Below are positions 13,320 through 23,489 of a stretch of 64,000 bases of DNA, piece by piece. The notes below the pieces were generated by a model. It saw only the letters and a list, made by a program, of their open reading frames with translations, ran no database searches and was not told where the DNA came from. The stretch's first letter is position 1. The number at the start of each line of letters is the position of its first letter. The position numbers were made by a program, and so were the translations under genes. This DNA comes from an uncultured Gemmatimonadales bacterium (GTDB taxonomy: Bacteria; Gemmatimonadota; Gemmatimonadetes; Gemmatimonadales; Gemmatimonadaceae), in assembly GCA_963851265.1 (NCBI GenBank), contig CAWKNZ010000007.1:1-64000 (forward strand), given 5' to 3'.

Positions 13320-14185
13320 GCGCCGTCGCGTGCGGCGCCGCGCGTCGCCCACTCGTGCGCCGCGACGGCGGCCGCGGCGAGCAGCAGAGCGAGCAGCGTG
13401 AGCACGTACGCTCCGCCGCGTCGGCCGAGGTCGAGATCGGCGTGGCGCTCGCGGATGAGCGACTGGAGCGGGAGCGGGTCGCTCGGCCCGAGCAGCGCGG
13501 CGGCTTCGTAGCTTCCCGCGACGAATGCGAACACCGCGACGGCCGACGGGAGCAGCGCGCGCCAGAGCAGCGGCCACGTGACGCGCCGGAGTACGGCCCA
13601 CGGCGCGGCGCCGAGCGTGCGCGCGGCCTCCTCGGCGGCGGCACCGCGCGCGGCGAGCGCCGAGCCCGCGACGAGCGCGAGGAAGGGGCACTCCTTCCAC
13701 GCGAGGGCGGCGACGAGTCCCACGCCCCACCGGTCGTAGACGAGGGGCGGCATCGCCTGCGGCGCGGCGATGAGGCCGGCGGCGTGGCCGAGCCGTGCGA
13801 GCAACCCGCTCTGGCCCAGGATCAGCACGGCCGACGACGCCGCGACGACCTGCGGGATGGGCAGCGGCACGACCGCGAGCGCGCGCGCGACGCGGTCGAC
13901 GGCGCGCGTGCCGCGGAAGGTGGTCGCGACGACGGTCGCGGCGGCCGTGGCGAGTGCGGTGGCGAGCAGCGCGGTGCGCAGCGTCCACGCGACCGACGCC
14001 CACGTGCGCGGATCGCCGAGCACGCCGCCGAGCAAGGCCGTGGTGAAGCCGGCGGCGCCGACGCCCGCGAGGCCCACGGCGACCGCGGCCGAGTACGCGA
14101 TGCCGACGAGCACGGGGGTGGCGACGAGGAGCGCGGCGACGAGCGGAGCGCCGCTCGACCGCGCGTGGCGTTGGGCCGGGCTCAC
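13316..14185 (-). CDS. ABC transporter permease 1
   Basis: Hydrophobic, EAA loop EEAARTLGAAPWAVLRRVTWP, WKECPF motif; GTGA coupling. Confidence 0.88.
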   Translation of the reverse strand: MSPAQRHARSSGAPLVAALLVATPVLVGIAYSAAVAVGLAGVGAAGFTTALLGGVLGDPRTWASVAWTLRTALLATALATAAATVVATTFRGTRAVDRVARALAVVPLPIPQVVAASSAVLILGQSGLLARLGHAAGLIAAPQAMPPLVYDRWGVGLVAALAWKECPFLALVAGSALAARGAAAEEAARTLGAAPWAVLRRVTWPLLWRALLPSAVAVFAFVAGSYEAAALLGPSDPLPLQSLIRERHADLDLGRRGGAYVLTLLALLLAAAAVAAHEWATRGAARDGA

Positions 14186-15468
14186 CGGGCCCGCACGCGG
14201 GCGCGCCAGTCCGTCAGCAGCCGCTCGCTGTAGGCTGGCGCGACCTCGGGGCGCGCGTAGGCGGCGAGCGTGTCGGGCGGGATCGCGTCGGCCGCGCGCG
14301 CGACGGAGTCGAACCGCGCGCGCCACGCGGCCGGCAGTCGCGTGCGGGCGAGCACCGTGCCGTCGGCCCAGACCTCGGGGCGCTGCTTCTCGAACTGGGC
14401 TTCGGGCGACAGGAGGAAATCGGCGACGACCATACCGCCCGCCGCGTCGGGGGCGTTGTACGGGATGGCAAGGTAGTGGGCGTTCGCGATGGTGCCCTCA
14501 CGGAGCAGGACGGCGCGCGCGGTGCGCGGAAGCACCCCCTGGCGCACCTTCGTCACCACGTCGTTCTGGTTGTTGGACATGGTGAAGTCGACCTCGCCGT
14601 TGGCGAAGAGGCGGTGCAGGTCGGCGACGCCTTCGGGGTACGTCACGCCGCCGCGCCAGAACGCGGCGCGATTGGAGTCGATCCAGGCAAATACCGCCGC
14701 GCGGCCGGCGAGGTAGTCGGCCTCGCGGAAGCCGCCCGCGAATCGGCGCACCCCGCCCCCGCGCGCGTACATCAGCCCTTTCAGGAACGTGAGCCCGGTG
14801 AAGCTCTGGTCGTGCACGAAGCGCCCCGGGTGCGCGCGGACGTAGGCGCCGAGTTCCGCGTACGTGCGTGGCGGTCGCGGCGTGCGGACGGTGTCGTAGA
14901 TGAGCGCGAACTGCACCGTCCCCCACGGGCTCTCGAACCCCGCCGGGTCCTGCTCGAAGTCCCGGCTGATGATCGGCGACGCGCTGTCGACGTACACGCC
15001 GTTGGGCGCGCGCGCCGCCCACGGCCCGAACAGCAGCGCCGCGCGGCGCAGGTTGGCGAACGCCTCGCCGTTGACCCAGACGAGGCTCGAGGTGCCGACC
15101 GCGCGTCCGGCGTCGCGTTCGACCACGAGGTCGTTCACGAGTTCGGCGCCCTGCCCGTCGACCGGCCTGAGCGTGATACCGTAGCGCTGCTTCACGCGCG
15201 GCGCGACCCAGCCGTCGACGAACGCGTTGATGGACGGGTCGCCGCGCCACATCGTCCAGACGACGGTCGTCCCACGGGCGCGCGCCACGATCGAGTCCCA
15301 CGGCAACGTGGCGGCCTGCCGAGGCGACAGGCGCGCGGCGGGCGGCGCGTTCGGCCGGCTGCATGCGCCGGATGCAGCCGTCGCGGCCGCGAGCGCCGCG
15401 GCGATGATCCGCCGGCGCCACGGTACAGGAAGGGTCGGCCGGAGTTCCGTGGATGACGTCGACGTCAC
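14182..15468 (-). CDS. ABC transporter substrate-binding lipoprotein (YnjB-like)
   Basis: Lipobox-like ASGAC; WDSIVARARGTTV, ESPWG and GTIANAHYLAIPYNA..FLLSPEAQ motifs recalled from the YnjB family. Start uncertain (GTG 15468 or ATG 15543). Confidence 0.8.
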   Translation of the reverse strand: MTSTSSTELRPTLPVPWRRRIIAAALAAATAASGACSRPNAPPAARLSPRQAATLPWDSIVARARGTTVVWTMWRGDPSINAFVDGWVAPRVKQRYGITLRPVDGQGAELVNDLVVERDAGRAVGTSSLVWVNGEAFANLRRAALLFGPWAARAPNGVYVDSASPIISRDFEQDPAGFESPWGTVQFALIYDTVRTPRPPRTYAELGAYVRAHPGRFVHDQSFTGLTFLKGLMYARGGGVRRFAGGFREADYLAGRAAVFAWIDSNRAAFWRGGVTYPEGVADLHRLFANGEVDFTMSNNQNDVVTKVRQGVLPRTARAVLLREGTIANAHYLAIPYNAPDAAGGMVVADFLLSPEAQFEKQRPEVWADGTVLARTRLPAAWRARFDSVARAADAIPPDTLAAYARPEVAPAYSERLLTDWRARVRAR

Positions 15469-15651
15469 GAGGAGGTTCGGGAGGGTGAGCGCGGACGCGT
15501 CTAGCGAGATTCGTGCGACATCGCGTCCCGGTCCCGCTACCATCCGTTCTCCTGCGGCAATCGTAATCAAGCAGGTGCGCTCCGCGCCGACTGCCCTCCG
15601 CCCCACGCGCGCTTCTCCGTGCTCGTCACCCGTCCTCCCCGTCGCGGCTCC

Positions 15652-18519
15652 ATGCCGCCTTGTTCGCCCTCCGCGCGTCGCGCGCTTCATCCGCGCGCGC
15701 CGCGCGTCGCCGCCGTCTGCGCAGCGCTCGGCAGCGCGCTCGCGGTCCGCGCCGCGCACGCCCAGGCCTCGGTGGCGGGTACGGTGCGCGAGCCGAGCGG
15801 CTCGCCGGTGGCCGGCGCCGCCGTGGTCATCGACGGCCGGGGTGACACGACCCGCACCGACGCGCGCGGCCGCTTCCGGTTGCTGGTGCCGGCCGGCGCT
15901 TCCGGCACGCTGCGCGCGGCGCGCGAGGGATTCAGCGCCGCTTCGACGGCGTTCACCGCTGGGGCGGAGCGGACGACGCGCGAGGTCACGCTCGTACTGC
16001 CGCGCGTGGGGCAGCTCGCGGCCGTAACCGTGCGTGCGCCGTCGGCGGTGAGCCCGGCCGCGCTCCGCCCGCTCCTCGATTCGGTCGCCGCGACGACCGG
16101 CGGGTCGCTGTCGTACGCCGAGCTGCGCGTGCTGCCGACCGACAACCGCGACCCGCTCGCGCTGGCGTTCACGGTGCCGGGCGCGGCGCAGGCCAACGGC
16201 TTCTTCGACACCGCGCCCGAACTGACCCTCCTCGGGTCGAACTCGCTCTACACGCAGTACTACCTCGACGGCTTCGACAACAACGAGGGCGTGCTCGGCG
16301 GCCCGCGCATCGACCTGCCGCTCTCCGCGCTCCGCCGCCTCGACGTCCGCACGTCGAACTACGACGTCGTGCTGGGGCGCTCGTCGAACGGCGTCGTGAA
16401 CGAGGAGACGCTCGGCGGGACGGATGCGTGGCACGGCGAGGCGTTCGTCTACGGCCGCCCCGGCGGCAACTTCGACGCGCGCCAGGCCGTGCTCCCGCCC
16501 AACACGACGTCGGGGTTCCGGCGCGGGCAGGTCGGCGGATCGTTGGGCGGTCCGCTCGGCGCGGGTCGCACGCGGGTGTTCGCCGCGGCCGAGTACTCGG
16601 ACGAGAGCCAGGATCAGCCGATCGTGACCGGGTACGGGAACGCGACGGGCTCGGTCGAGCGGCGCCGCACGAAGGCGTTCGGCCGCCTCGACCAGCAGTG
16701 GAGCGCGACGCAGCAGACCACCGTGCACGCCGCCTTCAGCGACGGGCAGTTCATCGGTCGCGGTGCGGGCGTCACGACGCCCGAGGCCGATTACACCCAG
16801 AACCGGCTCGGCGCACTCCTCGGCGCGTCGCACACCAGCGACGTCGGCCCGAACACGCGTAACGTGCTGGGTGTGCAGCTGGCCGGCTATCACTGGACGT
16901 ATCCGCCGACGCAGACGTCGCTGACGACGCCGCAGGTCTCGATCCTCGACCCGAAGAACACCGACGTCACGCTCGCCGTCGTGGGCGCGAGCGGATTTCA
17001 GTACGACTCGCGCGAGCTGCAGGTCAACCTCAAGGACGAGTTCACGCACCGGTCGGGCGCGCACCTGCTCGCCGTCGGCGGCGACGTAATCCGCGGGCAG
17101 TTCCGGCTCGAAGGGGCGGGTACCAACCTCGCCGGCGCGTACGCGATCCTCGACACGGGGCAGATCAAGGTGCGAGGCCGGCTGCCGACGCTCGCCGACG
17201 TGCCGGCCAACTCGCCGGTGTTCGCCTACTCGGTCGACGCCGCCCCGCAGTACATCACCGGCTCGCAGAGCGTGTACGGCCTGTACGCCCAGGACCGCTG
17301 GGACCTCGCGCCGTCGGTGACGTTCACGTACGGGGTGCGGTGGGACTACGACGACCTCACCTCGCGCGGCGCGAGCAAGGCGGACCTGACCAACTTCCAG
17401 CCGCGCGCCGCGCTCAACTGGCGGCCGGACGGACGGACGGTGGTGCGCGGCGGCTTCGGCGTGTACTCCGGCAAGCTGCCCTACACGATCTACTCCGACG
17501 CCATCCAGTACGGGCCGAAGGGGACGGCGTACGTCACGTTCTACAACAGCCCGCAGACCCCGCTCACGTACGGCAGCCCGCCGGCCGCGAGCGCGCAGGG
17601 TGCCGCGGCGGCGGCGCTCCCCCCGCGCGAGATCCGCGCGTTCTTCGCCGACGGTCTCAAAAGTCCGCGCAGCTACCAGACGACCCTCGGCTTCGAGCGC
17701 GCGTTCGGGCGGGCGTGGGGCCTCTCGGTGGACGGGATCTGGGCCAACACGATCAACCTGCCGCGGCTCTACGACCTCAACGCGGTGAACCGCCTGATCG
17801 GGCCGGGCGACACGACGAACGCCGCGCCGACGGCCGGGGACGCGTACCGGCCGGTGGCGCCGGTCAACGGCGCCTACCGCGCGCTCACCACCACGCAGAC
17901 CGCCGGGCGCAGCACGTACATCGCGCTGAACGTCACCGGGCGGCACCAGTTCAGCGAGACGCTGACCGCCGACGTGACGTACGTGCTCTCGCGCGCGCGC
18001 AACAACACCGAAGACATCAACTTCGCATCGAGCAACGGCCGCAACGACTTCGCGGGCGAGTACGCCGACGCGGTGAACGACCGGCGCCACAAGCTCGACC
18101 TGCGCGGCTTCTACACGGCGGGCCGCGTGCGGCTGAGCGCGGTGGTGGACTACCAGTCGGGCACGCCGATCAACCGCGTGGCCGACCTCGACCTGCTGGG
18201 CACCGGCGGCAGCTACGGCGACGGGTTCATCCGCAACTCGCAGCGGTTCTACGGCGTGCCGCGCGACGGCGAGCGCCTGCCGGCCGCGTTCGAGGTCAAC
18301 CCCGGCGTGTCGTACATGCTGCCGACGGGCCGGGGCGCGTTGCTCGAGCTACGCGCCGAGGCGTTCAACCTCCTCAACCGCGCCAACTACTCCGGGTTTC
18401 CGAGCGGGCTGGCGTACCTGGATCCGCGCACCCAGACCGGCCGACCGGGGAACCCGGTCGCGTACGACGTCTCCGGGCGGCCGCGACAGCTGCAGTTCTC
18501 GGCGCGGTACGCCTTCTAA
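15652..18519 (+). CDS. TonB-dependent outer-membrane receptor with N-terminal carboxypeptidase-regulatory-like domain
   Basis: Signal peptide ending AHA-Q, VAGTVREPSGSPVAGAAV N-domain, plug YYLDGFDNN, YAQDRW..TYGVRWD, C-terminal beta-signal RQLQFSARYAF. Confidence 0.88.
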   Translation: MPPCSPSARRALHPRAPRVAAVCAALGSALAVRAAHAQASVAGTVREPSGSPVAGAAVVIDGRGDTTRTDARGRFRLLVPAGASGTLRAAREGFSAASTAFTAGAERTTREVTLVLPRVGQLAAVTVRAPSAVSPAALRPLLDSVAATTGGSLSYAELRVLPTDNRDPLALAFTVPGAAQANGFFDTAPELTLLGSNSLYTQYYLDGFDNNEGVLGGPRIDLPLSALRRLDVRTSNYDVVLGRSSNGVVNEETLGGTDAWHGEAFVYGRPGGNFDARQAVLPPNTTSGFRRGQVGGSLGGPLGAGRTRVFAAAEYSDESQDQPIVTGYGNATGSVERRRTKAFGRLDQQWSATQQTTVHAAFSDGQFIGRGAGVTTPEADYTQNRLGALLGASHTSDVGPNTRNVLGVQLAGYHWTYPPTQTSLTTPQVSILDPKNTDVTLAVVGASGFQYDSRELQVNLKDEFTHRSGAHLLAVGGDVIRGQFRLEGAGTNLAGAYAILDTGQIKVRGRLPTLADVPANSPVFAYSVDAAPQYITGSQSVYGLYAQDRWDLAPSVTFTYGVRWDYDDLTSRGASKADLTNFQPRAALNWRPDGRTVVRGGFGVYSGKLPYTIYSDAIQYGPKGTAYVTFYNSPQTPLTYGSPPAASAQGAAAAALPPREIRAFFADGLKSPRSYQTTLGFERAFGRAWGLSVDGIWANTINLPRLYDLNAVNRLIGPGDTTNAAPTAGDAYRPVAPVNGAYRALTTTQTAGRSTYIALNVTGRHQFSETLTADVTYVLSRARNNTEDINFASSNGRNDFAGEYADAVNDRRHKLDLRGFYTAGRVRLSAVVDYQSGTPINRVADLDLLGTGGSYGDGFIRNSQRFYGVPRDGERLPAAFEVNPGVSYMLPTGRGALLELRAEAFNLLNRANYSGFPSGLAYLDPRTQTGRPGNPVAYDVSGRPRQLQFSARYAF

Positions 18520-18577
18520 TGGCACCTCTCGTGTCTCGATCGACGCGCCGCGTGCTCCCGGATGGGGGCTCGCTCGC

Positions 18578-19045
18578 GTGACGGAGCGGGCGACCGTCAC
18601 GGCGCGCTTCGCCGCGGGCGCGGTCGGCGTCCTCACGGCGCACCAGGCTGCCGTATGGGCGCTGCACCGCGCGGGCGTGGTGCCGTGGCCCGCGTACTCG
18701 GTGGTGCCGACGCGGCCGTTCGGCGTCCCGCAGGTGCTGTCGGCGGCCTTCTGGGGGGGCGTGTGGTGGGTCGCGCTCGGGCCGGTCGTCGAGCGTGCCG
18801 AATCGCGCGCGGGCTACGCGGCGCGCGCGGCCGTGTTTGGCGCGGTGCTGCCGACGGCCGTGGGGGCGGTGCTCGTGGCGGCCGGGCGCGGGGCCCCGCG
18901 GGGCGACGCGCGCCCGGCGACGCTGCTCGCCGCCGGGCTGGCCGTGAACGCGGCCTGGGGGCTTGCCGCCGCGGCCGTGGTCTGGTTCACGCGCGCGCGA
19001 CCGCCTGGTAGCGGCGCACGAAGCGCGCGTCGATCGCGCGCTTGA
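18578..19045 (+). CDS. Hypothetical membrane protein (about 4 TM helices)
   Basis: Hydrophobic 155-aa ORF with PTRPFGVPQVLSAAFWGGVW, directly after the receptor. Confidence 0.65.
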   Translation: MTERATVTARFAAGAVGVLTAHQAAVWALHRAGVVPWPAYSVVPTRPFGVPQVLSAAFWGGVWWVALGPVVERAESRAGYAARAAVFGAVLPTAVGAVLVAAGRGAPRGDARPATLLAAGLAVNAAWGLAAAAVVWFTRARPPGSGARSARRSRA

Positions 19046-20123
19046 GCGCGAGGGCGGCGCGCGAGTGACTCGCGACGCCGCGCCAGCGGGCGAAGGCGCG
19101 CCCGTCCGCGGTGTCGAGTGCGGCCAGGAAGTGTCGCTGCGGGACGTACGCCCGCGGCGTTAGGCGCCCCCCGTCGGCGGCCGCGCGCAGGTTGTGCGCG
19201 AGCACCGGCGCCTCGCGCACCGCGTACACGCCGGCCTTGGGCACCCACGGCGCCCCGTCGAGCGCGGCGCAGTCGCCTGCGCCCCACACGCGCACGCCGC
19301 CGACCGCGCGCAGCGTGGCGTCCACGCGCAGGTACCCGCCCGCGTCGACGGGGAGCCCGGCCTCGCGCGCGAGCGGGAGCGCGGCGGCGCCTGGCACCCA
19401 CACGGTCAGGTCGGACGCGAGTCGCAAGCCGTCGGCGAGCGTGACGGCGTCGGCGTCGACGCGCACCACCGCGTGCCCGGTCAACAGCCGCACCCCGCGC
19501 CGCCCCAGCAGCCGCTGCACGCGCGCCGCCTGCCGTCCCCAACTCGGGAGCAGCGCGGGCCCCCCCTCGACGACGGTGACCTGAGCGTCGCGCCCTGCCG
19601 CGCCCGCGCGCGCGACGACGGCGAGCGAGAGCTCCACCCCGGCCGCGCCGCCGCCCACGACGACGCAGGCGAACGGGCCGACGTCCGGCTCCGTGGCGAG
19701 TGCGTCGAGCCGGGCGACGAGCGCGCGCCAGGCGGCGAGCGGGCGCACGGTGTGGGCGTGCGCGCGGGCACCGGGGACGTCGAGTGCCGCGGGAATCGAG
19801 CCGACGTCGAGCGAGAGCAGGTCGCCGGTGACGACCTCGCCGGCCGCGTGCACCGCGACCGCGTCGGGCGCGACCTCGAGGCGCGACGCCGCGGCCTCGA
19901 CGAAGCGCGCGCCGGCGGCGCGGCAGAGCGCGGGCAGGTCGACGGCGAGGGCGGACTCGACCCACGCTCCGCGGAGCTGCGCGGGCATCATCCCCGAGTA
20001 CACCTGGCGCGCGTACGGCGACACGAGCACCAACTCCGCCGCGAACGGGCGCAGCGCTGCCGCGCGGAGGACCTCGAGGTGCGCGTGCCCGCCTCCCACG
20101 AGCACGAGCCGTCGGCGCGCCAC
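18987..20123 (-). CDS. FAD/NAD(P)-dependent oxidoreductase resembling the domain found N-terminal to SelD (TIGR03169-like)
   Basis: LVLVGGGHAH, YSGMMP, VVGGGAAGVE, WGAGDCA, PKAGVYAVR, YVPQRHFL, LKRAIDARFV; start approximate. Confidence 0.82.
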   Translation of the reverse strand: MARRRLVLVGGGHAHLEVLRAAALRPFAAELVLVSPYARQVYSGMMPAQLRGAWVESALAVDLPALCRAAGARFVEAAASRLEVAPDAVAVHAAGEVVTGDLLSLDVGSIPAALDVPGARAHAHTVRPLAAWRALVARLDALATEPDVGPFACVVVGGGAAGVELSLAVVARAGAAGRDAQVTVVEGGPALLPSWGRQAARVQRLLGRRGVRLLTGHAVVRVDADAVTLADGLRLASDLTVWVPGAAALPLAREAGLPVDAGGYLRVDATLRAVGGVRVWGAGDCAALDGAPWVPKAGVYAVREAPVLAHNLRAAADGGRLTPRAYVPQRHFLAALDTADGRAFARWRGVASHSRAALALKRAIDARFVRRYQAVARA

Positions 20124-20152
20124 GTCGTTAGGCAGGGCCGGGGCGCCGCACG

Positions 20153-21706
20153 TCAGCGCACCACGCGAAAGTAGCCCGCCAACAACCCCTTGACGCGCGG
20201 CGTGAGCTTGCGCCGCCGCCACGCGTCGGCCGCCTTGCGCAGCGCCTCGCTCTGGGTGGGGTACGGGTGCATCGTGCGACCGATGGCCGAGAGGCCGAGC
20301 TTGTTGGTCATTGCGAGGGTGAGCTCGCCGATCGTCTCGCCCGCGTGTGCTCCGACGAGCGTCGCCCCGACGAGGCGGTCGGTGCCGCGGGCCACGAGCA
20401 CGCGGCAGAACCCTTCGGTCTCGTCGTCGATCACCGCACGGTCCACTTCGGCCAGGGGAACGGTGATGACGTCGACCGCGACGCCCCGGGCCGCGGCCTC
20501 CTGCTGCGTGAGGCCGACCTGGGCCACCTCGGGACTCGTGTAGGTCACCCAGGGCGTGACCAGCGCGCTCGCGCGACCGCGGCCGAAGAAGAGCGCGTTC
20601 TGCACGACGAGCCGCGCCTGGAAGTCGGCCGCGTGCGTGAACTTGAGCGGCGAGCAGACGTCGCCGACCGCGTAGACGCGCGGGTTGCTGGTGCACAGGC
20701 GGTCGTCGACGGTGACGCCGCCGCGCGCGTCGTAGTGCACCCGGGCCGCCTCGAGCCCGAGTCCGTCCACGTTCGGCGTCCGCCCAACGGCGACAAGCAG
20801 CGCGTCGGCGTCGAGCGTCAGGTCGTGTCCGGCGTGCCGCACGTGCAGACTCGCGTCGCCCCCGCGCGTGTGGACGCGCGTGACCTCGGCCCCGTGCAGC
20901 ACGTGCACGCCGTCGCGCGCGAGCGCGCGCTCCACGACTGCCGCCGCCTCCGCGTCGTCGCGCTCGAGCAGGCGTGCGCCGCGGTCGAGCAGCGTCACAC
21001 GCGCGCCGAGTCGCGCGAACGCCTGGGCGAGTTCGCAGCCGATCGGGCCCGCGCCGAGGACGACGAGGTGTGCGGGGCGGCGCGTGAGCGAGAAGATCGT
21101 CTCGTTGGTGTAGTACGGCGCATCGCGCAGGCCGGGGACGTCGGGGACGGCGGCGCGGGCGCCGGCCGCGATCACCGCGCGGCGGAACGTCAGGCGCGCG
21201 CCGTCGACCTCGACCGCGTCGGGCGCGACGAAGCGTGCGTCACCGAGGAACACGTCCACGCCGAGTTCGCGGAAGCGCGGGGCGCCGTCGACGGGGGCGA
21301 GACCGGCGCGGACGTCGCGAAGCCGCTCCATGGCCGCGACGAAGTCGCCGTCACCGTCCGCGCGCGGCCCCCCGAAGCGCTCGGCCGCGCGGCGCGCGTC
21401 GTGCCAGGCGCGCGCCGCGCGGATCACGCTCTTGGACGGGACGCACCCCACGTTGAGGCAGTCGCCGCCCATGAGGGAGCGCTCGACGAGGGCGACGCGG
21501 GCGCCGAGTCCGGCGGCGGCGGCGGCGGTGACGAGGCCACCCGTGCCCGCGCCGACGACGACGAGGTGGTAGCGGCCGGCGGGGGCCGGGTTCCGCCAAT
21601 CGCGCGGGTGCACCTGCGCGACCAGGCGCTCGTCGGCGGCGTCGCCCGCGAGGAGCGTGGGGTGGGCCGCGCCCGGGCGGCCCCCGATCGGCGGGGCCGC
21701 GCTCAT
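20153..21706 (-). CDS. Class I pyridine nucleotide-disulfide oxidoreductase (MerA/LpdA-like)
   Basis: GAGTGG, redox pair GGDCLNVGCVPSK, GAGPIGCE, HPYPTQSE; no C-terminal Cys-Cys. Confidence 0.88.
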   Translation of the reverse strand: MSAAPPIGGRPGAAHPTLLAGDAADERLVAQVHPRDWRNPAPAGRYHLVVVGAGTGGLVTAAAAAGLGARVALVERSLMGGDCLNVGCVPSKSVIRAARAWHDARRAAERFGGPRADGDGDFVAAMERLRDVRAGLAPVDGAPRFRELGVDVFLGDARFVAPDAVEVDGARLTFRRAVIAAGARAAVPDVPGLRDAPYYTNETIFSLTRRPAHLVVLGAGPIGCELAQAFARLGARVTLLDRGARLLERDDAEAAAVVERALARDGVHVLHGAEVTRVHTRGGDASLHVRHAGHDLTLDADALLVAVGRTPNVDGLGLEAARVHYDARGGVTVDDRLCTSNPRVYAVGDVCSPLKFTHAADFQARLVVQNALFFGRGRASALVTPWVTYTSPEVAQVGLTQQEAAARGVAVDVITVPLAEVDRAVIDDETEGFCRVLVARGTDRLVGATLVGAHAGETIGELTLAMTNKLGLSAIGRTMHPYPTQSEALRKAADAWRRRKLTPRVKGLLAGYFRVVR

Positions 21707-21757
21707 CGGCCGGCCCTCATGCCGCGGGCCTCGCCGGGCACTTCTGCGGCGCGCGCT

Positions 21758-22456
21758 TCACGGGGCGATGCCGGTCGGGTCGGCCGCCGTGCCTAACGCG
21801 TGGCGCGCGAGCCGCGTGATGCGCGCCGTCACGGCCGCGGTCGCGGCGAGGCCGAGCGCGAGCACGGCGTAGTACGCGGCGCCGCGCGGGGGCGTGCCGC
21901 CGCCCGCGGCGGCGGCGACGTCGCCGGCGAGCTTGCCGTAGTACACGTAGAGGAGCGTACCGGGAAGCATCCCGACCGAAGCGACGGCGAAGTCGGCGAA
22001 GCGCACGCGCGTGAGGCCGAGCACGTAGTTGAGCAGGGTGAACGGGACGGCCGGGGAGAGGCGGAGCAGGAAGACGATGCGCCGCCCGTCGCCCGCGATC
22101 GCGCGGTCGATCGCGGCGAAGCGCGCGTTGCCGGCGATGCGGCGCTCCACGAATCCGCGCGCGACGTAGCGCCCGACGAGGAACGCCGCGGACGACCCGA
22201 GAGTTGCCCCGACGAACACCCAGAGCGTGCCGGCCGCGAGCCCGAAGATTGCTCCGGCCGCGAGGGTGAGCAGCGAACCCGGGATGCCGGCGACGGTGGC
22301 GACCACGTAGCCGACGACGAACGCGATCGGCCCCCACGCCCCCATGGCGTGCACGCGCTCGGCGAAGCCCGGCACGTAGTGGCCGCCCCAGCGGCCGAGC
22401 AGGAGCAGCCCGGCAACGGCGGCGACACCGAGAAGAATGCGGAAGGGTTTGGCCAT
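21758..22456 (-). CDS. TVP38/TMEM64 (VTT/DedA superfamily) membrane protein
   Basis: IPGSLLTLAAGAIFG, AFLVGRY, LLRLSPAVPFTLLNY, GMLPGT. Confidence 0.9.
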   Translation of the reverse strand: MAKPFRILLGVAAVAGLLLLGRWGGHYVPGFAERVHAMGAWGPIAFVVGYVVATVAGIPGSLLTLAAGAIFGLAAGTLWVFVGATLGSSAAFLVGRYVARGFVERRIAGNARFAAIDRAIAGDGRRIVFLLRLSPAVPFTLLNYVLGLTRVRFADFAVASVGMLPGTLLYVYYGKLAGDVAAAAGGGTPPRGAAYYAVLALGLAATAAVTARITRLARHALGTAADPTGIAP

Positions 22457-22632
22457 GCCCGTAGATGCCCGGTTCACAATCCAACAGATTGCAGCACACG
22501 TATACCAGCACAGACGTCTCCGTCGCCAGGCGTGACGGGACCGTCACCCCTGGCGACGCTCGGAACATCCGCCCGCCGCCCGCACCTTCATCTAGCGTCC
22601 GGCACGCGCCGGCGTATTCGACGAGGCACGAC

Positions 22633-23487
22633 ATGCGCCACCCCGCCGTTCGCCGACCCGCCGCCCGATCGCGCGTGCGCGCCCGCCTGCTGGCCGTCGC
22701 GCTGCTGACCGTCGGCATCCTTCGTCCCGCCGCGCCCGTGCACGCGCAGGATCGCACTTTCGACCACGGCGCGTTCGACGCGCTCCTCAAGGCGCACGTG
22801 CGCAACGGGCTCGTCGACTACGACGCGTTCGCCGCCTCAGCGGAGTTCAAGCGCTACCTGGGCCGGCTCGCCGCCACGGACCCGGCCACGCTCGGGCGCG
22901 ACGATCAGCTCGCGTTCTGGATCGACGCGTACAACGCGTACACGATCGCGCTCATCAACGAGCACCACGAGCGCGAGTCGATTCGCAACATCAACAAGAC
23001 GCTCGGGTTCGTGAAGGCGTACGGGCCCTGGAAGGAGAAGCTCGCGACGGTCGGAGGAAGGAGCTACGGGCTGGACGAGATCGAGCAGGACATCATCCGC
23101 CCGCGCTACCACGAGCCGCGCGTGCACTTCGCGCTCGTCTGCGCCGCGATGGGGTGCCCGCCGCTGCGCAGTGAGGCGTACACGGGGGCGCAGCTCGACG
23201 CGCAACTCGACGACCAGGCCCGCCGGTTCCTGCTCCACTCGCCGACCAAGAACCGCGTCGACGTCGCGAGCAAGACGGTGTACCTGAGCCCGATCTTCGT
23301 CGAATTTCGCGACTACATCAAGGACTTCGGCGGGTCCGAGGGCGCGGTGGGCCGGTACATCGCGCGCTTCTACCCGGCGGGCCCGGAGCGGACGCTGCTC
23401 GAGGGCGGCGACTTCAAGGTCGTGAAGACCCACTACGACTGGACGCTGAACAGCCAGTCCAACGGCGCGCGCGTCGCGGCGCGGTAG
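22633..23487 (+). CDS. DUF547 domain exported protein
   Basis: Signal peptide (VHA-Q), GLVDY, LAFWIDAYNA, PRVHFALVCAAMGCPPL, YDWTLN. Confidence 0.85.
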   Translation: MRHPAVRRPAARSRVRARLLAVALLTVGILRPAAPVHAQDRTFDHGAFDALLKAHVRNGLVDYDAFAASAEFKRYLGRLAATDPATLGRDDQLAFWIDAYNAYTIALINEHHERESIRNINKTLGFVKAYGPWKEKLATVGGRSYGLDEIEQDIIRPRYHEPRVHFALVCAAMGCPPLRSEAYTGAQLDAQLDDQARRFLLHSPTKNRVDVASKTVYLSPIFVEFRDYIKDFGGSEGAVGRYIARFYPAGPERTLLEGGDFKVVKTHYDWTLNSQSNGARVAAR

Positions 23488-23489
23488 CC

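Noticed and set aside
15469..15651. Cobalamin or TPP riboswitch upstream of the TonB receptor or ABC operon
   Set aside because: No recognisable consensus in this short divergent region
18900..18989. Possible selenocysteine readthrough of the TGA ending the SelD-N-like flavoprotein
   Set aside because: The sequence after the TGA gives no SelD-like motif and is the antisense strand of the neighbouring membrane gene
20153..21706. Mercury resistance (merA)
   Set aside because: No C-terminal Cys-Cys, no NmerA domain, and no merR/T/P nearby
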